64,000 bases of DNA from Euryarchaeota archaeon UBA28 (GTDB lineage Archaea; Thermoplasmatota; Poseidoniia; Poseidoniales; Thalassarchaeaceae). Below the pieces are notes generated by a model that was given only the letters and a program-made list of their open reading frames with translations, searched no databases and was not told the origin of the DNA. Each line of letters begins with the position of its first letter. The stretch's first letter is position 1. The position numbers were made by a program, and so were the translations under genes. The stretch spans positions 36,871 through 100,870 of the forward strand of contig DANW01000026.1 of NCBI GenBank assembly GCA_002501605.1, in the 5' to 3' direction. Below, in pieces: positions 54,462 through 64,000 of this stretch.

Positions 54462-55649
54462 TCATCCGCAGATTTCTTCCAACTGTTCCACAAATCTAGA
54501 ATCCGTGGCATTGACACATTCTGGGCCCTCTATGGTCCCTCCTACTTTCGAAGCCAAAATCATGGCAGTCATTGCCATTCTATGGTCCGAGTATGTCTCT
54601 ACTGGATTTTCAGGACATCTTATGCCCTGATTTCCGGGTATGATTATGCCGTCATCAGCCTCTTGAGTTTTGAGCCCAAATTCTCCAAGCATCTTCACTG
54701 TCTTTGAAATTCTATCGCTCTCCTTGCCCCTTGCATGCGAGCATCCGGTTATTCTTCCTCCAGACCCTAGCGCCATTATGGCGGCCGATGGGGTGATTAT
54801 ATCTGACGCATCTTTCAGATTCAGAACCTTTTGGCCGGATTCCATCTTCCGAATTGCGAGCCCAAGGCCCCTGATGTCCTCAGTCCTGTTTGTCCTTATG
54901 TCCACATCGTGTAATCTCGAGAACAGGGTCCCCATGGGACTTAGGCTCTGCTCACCATAAACTGAAATTTCTGTTGGGGCGTTGACTTCCCACGGTCTTA
55001 GGCTTAGTATTCCTTTCTCAGTGTTTATTTCAACTCCCGATTTTAAGCAAATTTCTTTTGTCAATTCCCAATATCCCAAACTCACTGGGCTTCCTCTCAA
55101 CGATAGCGAAATATTTGACTCTAGATTTGGCGATGCAAGAACCATTGCCGAAGCCCCTTGGCTTGTTTCCCCCCAATCGAGATTGGCCTTATCGAGACAT
55201 ATCTTGCCAGAAATCCTCCTAGGAATCGAGTAATCACTGACATCGCACCCTAGCTCTATCAAGGCCTCACAAAGTCCTCGGGATTTTCTCCTCCTCAAGG
55301 AATCGTCTCCATCGATAATTGCAGTGCCTTCAAGACATGCAGTCATGGCAGATATCACATTAGCAGTGGTCCCAGAATTCCCGCATTGAAGATCATAGTC
55401 CGGAATAAATAAACTATCCCTTTTTCCACAAATAAACCAATTATTATCATAAAAGTCAATCTCTGAACCCATTGACATTAGGCATCTCGCCATCGAGATT
55501 GAATCTTCTCCCGGAATTCCTGAGAATGAGATCCGAACATCGTTTTGTCCCTGTGAGCAAAGAGCCAACCATCTTATTATGTGGCTCTTCGATGGAGGTA
55601 GAGCCCAATCAAAGGAGCCACTGAGACTCACACCATCGAACTCCCACAT
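54462..55649 (-). CDS. aroA: 3-phosphoshikimate 1-carboxyvinyltransferase (EPSP synthase)
   Basis: LPPSKSHIIRW, CGNSGTTANV, KESDRI and SDHRMAMT motifs. Confidence 0.85.
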   Translation of the reverse strand: MWEFDGVSLSGSFDWALPPSKSHIIRWLALCSQGQNDVRISFSGIPGEDSISMARCLMSMGSEIDFYDNNWFICGKRDSLFIPDYDLQCGNSGTTANVISAMTACLEGTAIIDGDDSLRRRKSRGLCEALIELGCDVSDYSIPRRISGKICLDKANLDWGETSQGASAMVLASPNLESNISLSLRGSPVSLGYWELTKEICLKSGVEINTEKGILSLRPWEVNAPTEISVYGEQSLSPMGTLFSRLHDVDIRTNRTEDIRGLGLAIRKMESGQKVLNLKDASDIITPSAAIMALGSGGRITGCSHARGKESDRISKTVKMLGEFGLKTQEADDGIIIPGNQGIRCPENPVETYSDHRMAMTAMILASKVGGTIEGPECVNATDSRFVEQLEEICG

Positions 55650-55667
55650 GATACCACGTGACGCTCA

Positions 55668-56525
55668 TTAATGTTGAATCCTCGTATCCACACCTCTAAT
55701 CCAATCTCCAAAATCACTGGAATAATCCCATTTTTCAGAAATAGAATCAATCAAGCTCGACTCCATAGTCTCATCAATATTGCCGGACGACTTAACCAAG
55801 TTATTTCTAAGCAACATTTTCGGGCTCAATCCGGGCATCATTATTGCTATTGCCCAAGGTACTCTTCCAGGATATACTTCATTCACATGATTCACTATGT
55901 TTGTTGTGCATGTATTGGTTATTGTGTTGTACCACTCAGGATCTTTTGCCAGCTTATTCGTCCTATGAAGGTATGACTCCAGCATCCTTCTTTCATTTCC
56001 GGGCCCTAGAACTACCCCTTCGAATAAATGAGTTTTCGACTTTCTTCTGCATCTGGATCTGACTCCAATAACGTCACGCTCAGTTCCCCAAACGTAAATC
56101 AATTCATATGATCTAAAAATGCCTTTCAGAGGGTGATAACGTGAACCCTCTTTCCTTCGTACCTCTATTGAGCATGCAAGCCTCCTCCCATCCTCAAATT
56201 CATAGCTCAATATTGTGTGTGCCATTTCCTTCCTTTCAGGACTGAAGTATTCCAAAACAAACCAAATCTTTCTAACCTCACTCAAATCAATTGTTACATC
56301 AATCCATCTTTCATCATAATCTTTGGTTGTTCTCCAGTTGAAGTCCCGCACATTCTTTATGGTCGCTTTATCCCCTTTGATTTCAACTGTAGCAAGTCTT
56401 CGATTGTCATTCACCCAAGACCTATCATTTGACGGAGACATGGCAAAGTGTCTTCTAAGAAGAAAAAACCCAAGGAGGAATAATATGGTGACAGCTACAA
56501 ATGACAGCTCTGTAATCTCTACCAC
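55668..56525 (-). CDS. DUF4105 (Lnb N-terminal-like) domain membrane-anchored protein
   Basis: An N-terminal TM helix, then ATIKNVRDFNW..., AHTILSYEF.DGRRLACSIEVRRKEG..Y.PLKGIFRSYELIYVWGTERD, and NTCTTN. This matches the DUF4105 pattern as I remember it. Confidence 0.6.
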   Translation of the reverse strand: MVEITELSFVAVTILFLLGFFLLRRHFAMSPSNDRSWVNDNRRLATVEIKGDKATIKNVRDFNWRTTKDYDERWIDVTIDLSEVRKIWFVLEYFSPERKEMAHTILSYEFEDGRRLACSIEVRRKEGSRYHPLKGIFRSYELIYVWGTERDVIGVRSRCRRKSKTHLFEGVVLGPGNERRMLESYLHRTNKLAKDPEWYNTITNTCTTNIVNHVNEVYPGRVPWAIAIMMPGLSPKMLLRNNLVKSSGNIDETMESSLIDSISEKWDYSSDFGDWIRGVDTRIQH

Positions 56526-56569
56526 GACTCGTGGAGTTGGTTAGGACGGATAACTGATGCCCAGATTCA

Positions 56570-56656
56570 TGGCGCGGCAGGGGAGATTCGAACTCCCGAG
56601 GTGAAACACCACTGGATTAGCAATCCAGCGCAATGGCCAGGCTATGCGACTGCCGC
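56570..56656 (-). tRNA. tRNA-Ser (anticodon GCU) with genomically encoded CCA
   Basis: The minus strand reads GCGGCAG-TC-GCA..TGC-G-CTGGA-TTGCTAA-TCCAG-(long variable arm TGGTGTTTCACCTC)-GGGAG-TTCGAAT-CTCCC-CTGCCGC-G-CCA. It folds as a full cloverleaf with a class II long variable arm. Confidence 0.9.
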
Positions 56657-56698
56657 AATGAACCAACGACCGAAGGCCCCCGCTTAAGTGGAACGGTG

Positions 56699-61392
<4,694 letters not shown>

Positions 61393-61720
61393 TTATCATG
61401 CTACAACCTAACGGTAGGGGGTTATTCAACTCTGCGAATATATTTAGAAAAATATGTCATTTTTTACTACTTTTTTCTCTTTGTGAAAAGGTAAATTACG
61501 ACTTCCTCAAACATCTCCAAGTATGTACTAGAACACTGCCTTAATCCTGTGATGAGATGCTTGAAAAGGACTAACCAATAGTTTTTCTTTATTCATAATC
61601 TAGAATATTCCACGTCCAACTTTACTAGCTCCTCTTTTTTCAAATCAGGGAAATTGTGAGCTACCTCCGTTCTCTAATCACACGACACGATTAAACAGAA
61701 TCCTAGGGTCGAAGCATCGG

Positions 61721-62518
61721 ATGGAGTTGCCGCTCGTGTGCGTTGTGTTGACCGGTTGCACGGTTGATGAGATGCTCAAGGATGCCTCCCTGGCCACAGC
61801 TGCTGGGGCGGATTTAGTTGAAGTTAGGCTTGACAAGCTTTGGACCAGGGAAATGGAGTTGGAGGAATCTGAAGAGGACGATGATGCAAAGAAATCCCGT
61901 AATGGGGAGGTTGAGTACGAGGTTCAATCGCTCGATTCAGTAGATCTAAAATCAGCACTCTCATCGTTCAAACAAGGGATAGAATTACCGGTAATTCTAA
62001 CATGTAGGCCAGAGAGACAGGGTGGTTACTATCCAGGGGACGAATCCAGCAGGATTGAGGTATTGAGAACAGCAATTGAGAGCGGGGTTAGTTGGGTTGA
62101 CCTTGAAGTAGACATCAGTGCAACGGATAGAAAGTCATTGAGGGAAAAGGCCTCGGGAAAGACCAAGATAATAGCCTCCTATCATTCTGAGGAGCACCCT
62201 CCTCCGGCGAGTGAGATAGTGGCTGAGGTGGAAGATTACTCAACTCAGGGTGACATGGTGAAGATATGCTATCCGATTCAAGGATCTGAGGGAGCATTGA
62301 GGATATTTGAAGCCGCATGGGAATTGAGGAATTCGGAGATTGCGATGTCCCTGATGGGAATCGGTTCGGGAGGTGACTGGGTTAGAATTCACGCCCCCTT
62401 ACTGAGCCAGAATATGGTGTATTCAACAATGCAAGTCGGTTGGCACCTAACCCACTCAGGGAAAATAAACGTTTCAGATTTGACAACTGCATGGAAACTT
62501 CTTGGCTATTCTTCGTAA
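61721..62518 (+). CDS. aroD: 3-dehydroquinate dehydratase, type I
   Basis: DLVEVRLD, LTCRP..QGG, and KIIASYHSEEHPP. An acidic roughly 30-aa insert follows the first strand. Confidence 0.75.
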   Translation: MELPLVCVVLTGCTVDEMLKDASLATAAGADLVEVRLDKLWTREMELEESEEDDDAKKSRNGEVEYEVQSLDSVDLKSALSSFKQGIELPVILTCRPERQGGYYPGDESSRIEVLRTAIESGVSWVDLEVDISATDRKSLREKASGKTKIIASYHSEEHPPPASEIVAEVEDYSTQGDMVKICYPIQGSEGALRIFEAAWELRNSEIAMSLMGIGSGGDWVRIHAPLLSQNMVYSTMQVGWHLTHSGKINVSDLTTAWKLLGYSS

Positions 62519-63396
62519 TCCCGTGTGTCACTCTGCTCATCATCTAGGTAGGGAACTTCGCGACTTCCCTCCACATCATCTCCCTCTTTTCCGTTTGACA
62601 TGTACCTAGAATGAACAATTAATGGTACGATTATGCAGGCCAAAGGCAATGAACCAACTAATAGAGTGGCAGTGAACTTCGGAATATTCAAACGATCCTC
62701 GACATCTATGAGAATTTCGACGTCAACATCTCCGCCCGGTGCGTCAGTATTCGTGTGTCTCCTATTATTCCAGCCATCAATTACAAGATAATAAATCACG
62801 TCACCACCACCAAAGAAACCGGCACCGCTGGAGTCAATTGCAACTGAGAACTCTTGATACGTAACTCCCTCATATGCGTGAACATCTCTGAAAGGAAGCC
62901 AGTCATCCATGTCCCGCCACTCAACCGGAAGCTGGTCGAAGGCTTCGAAGAAGCCGGGGTCATCCCTAATTCGGTAGTACATCTTGTACCTGTCCCAATT
63001 TGGCTCAGTCATCAAATAAATATCTGAATTTGGATTCAGAGGTGGATCATCCTGGTTACTAGCAATACTAATGCAGAAAGTGTACATGTGCCCGGGTACC
63101 AGCCTCATTCCGATGGCAGTTGCTGTGTCATTGTCTACTGTGAAGTCAGTGAATAAGTCGGTGTCTAAGTCAAATCTTGGATCTTCAACGTTATCCCACC
63201 AACTATCTTCGACCGGCTCTACTGAGATTTTGTAACTAGTGGAGGGGTCATTTATTGCAGGAACATCACAAGATCCTGTGCTCTGAGCAGATACTGCGGG
63301 AGAAAGTACCAGCGCAGCAACAAGAAGAAAATTAGGTGCCGCTAATAAGAAGCTAGTGACGAAGGGAAAAAACCCCGCCCTGGTTCGTGCAATCAT
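62506..63396 (-). CDS. Hypothetical secreted protein with C-terminal TM anchor and acidic tail
   Basis: Signal FFPFVTSFLLAAPNFLLVAALVLSPAVSAQS and C-terminal TM LLVGSLPLACIIVPLIV, followed by an acidic tail ending ..RDYEE. Confidence 0.6.
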   Translation of the reverse strand: MIARTRAGFFPFVTSFLLAAPNFLLVAALVLSPAVSAQSTGSCDVPAINDPSTSYKISVEPVEDSWWDNVEDPRFDLDTDLFTDFTVDNDTATAIGMRLVPGHMYTFCISIASNQDDPPLNPNSDIYLMTEPNWDRYKMYYRIRDDPGFFEAFDQLPVEWRDMDDWLPFRDVHAYEGVTYQEFSVAIDSSGAGFFGGGDVIYYLVIDGWNNRRHTNTDAPGGDVDVEILIDVEDRLNIPKFTATLLVGSLPLACIIVPLIVHSRYMSNGKEGDDVEGSREVPYLDDEQSDTRDYEE

Positions 63397-64000
63397 TCAA
63401 CGCCTCCTAGTTCTGATTGGACGTACATAGCCTGAATCAGCGTCTCTCCGCTCTTCCTCTGAAAGGTACTTTGGCTGAGGAGGGGGTTTGTGTTGGTCCA
63501 TTCCTGGCAGACCACCATCAGCTTCGACCTCATCGACATCATATGTTTCCATCATATCCTCAGCTTCAAGCTCCTCTTCATCTTTCTGCCTCATTATAAT
63601 CCAGCCAAGGAGTAGAACTAGCCCAACCAGCGCAAGAAGGCCCCCACTCTCCCTGTTGGGAACTATATCTTCCCAAGTCAGATCCGACAGTGACTTTGGC
63701 ACGTACTCATCTTCAGTAGACAGTACGGTGATCACATAGTCTCTCTCCGTACAGACGTTCAAGGCATCACAGACTTGCATGGTGATTCTAATTTCCCCTT
63801 CTTCACTCCACGTTTCTGGATTCCAATCCCAGTCATTCTTGTAATTCCCATCGCCGTCGGAATCCACGGATGCATCTAGATCCCACCTGACTAGCAGATC
63901 GTCAGATAGGGACTCATCCATATCATTTGTGAAGTCCCCATCTCCATCCGAGTCAATCGATGTATCCAAATCGATCCATGCAACAAGTCCATCTTCTAAC
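63397..64000 (-). CDS. C-terminal part of a large envelope protein (acidic DSDGDG repeats, TM anchor, acidic tail); gene continues beyond the window end
   Basis: The reading frame stays open upstream of the first listed codon (..LEDGLVAWIDLDTSIDSDGDGDF..). Repeats WIDLDTSIDSDGDGD and WDLDASVDSDGDGN, then TM GLLALVGLVLLLGWIIM. The stop abuts the start of the next gene. Confidence 0.65.
   Translation of the reverse strand, partial: LEDGLVAWIDLDTSIDSDGDGDFTNDMDESLSDDLLVRWDLDASVDSDGDGNYKNDWDWNPETWSEEGEIRITMQVCDALNVCTERDYVITVLSTEDEYVPKSLSDLTWEDIVPNRESGGLLALVGLVLLLGWIIMRQKDEEELEAEDMMETYDVDEVEADGGLPGMDQHKPPPQPKYLSEEERRDADSGYVRPIRTRRR

Overview
This is a densely packed chromosomal segment of an archaeon. 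Archaeal markers are TBP, Orc1/Cdc6, aIF2-gamma, S6e, L10e, Dph2, archaeosine tRNA-guanine transglycosylase, mevalonate kinase and a CTP-type riboflavin kinase. It also carries bacterial-type DNA gyrase (gyrB-gyrA) and a class II HMG-CoA reductase. Together with several giant membrane-anchored PKD or acidic-repeat envelope proteins, this fits a marine planktonic Thermoplasmatota lineage (Marine Group II/III-like); that assignment is inference only. I call about 60 CDS and one tRNA-Ser(GCU). I see no rRNA, CRISPR array, transposase, integrase or recognisable defence genes, so this looks like core chromosome rather than an accessory island. Many genes abut or overlap by 4 nt, so the few long non-coding gaps stand out. 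Most interesting observations: (1) a 272-bp AT-rich gap (45311-45582) is packed with GCGTTAA/TTAACGC heptamers and nested dyads. It lies next to a divergent Orc1/Cdc6-like AAA+/winged-helix gene with degenerate Walker motifs and a roughly 300-aa acidic linker, making it a candidate origin or initiator-like module or a multi-site operator. (2) The TBP carries a roughly 55-aa acidic insertion inside its second repeat. (3) A tightly coupled six-gene operon (30767-37468) encodes two ABC ATPases, two ABC-2 permeases (one with a large DxDxDG-rich ectodomain), a W5-containing cyclase/lipocalin-like protein and a bPH-domain membrane protein. (4) Three enzymes show unexpected active-site or cofactor-site substitutions or fusions: an MCAD-like acyl-CoA dehydrogenase with Gly at the catalytic Glu position, an ArcTGT lacking the CxCxxC zinc motif, and a fused aconitase-X. 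(5) A perfect 11-bp palindrome sits 10 nt upstream of gyrB, inside a 362-bp ORF-free gap. All functional calls come from reading motifs in the supplied translations; no database search was possible.
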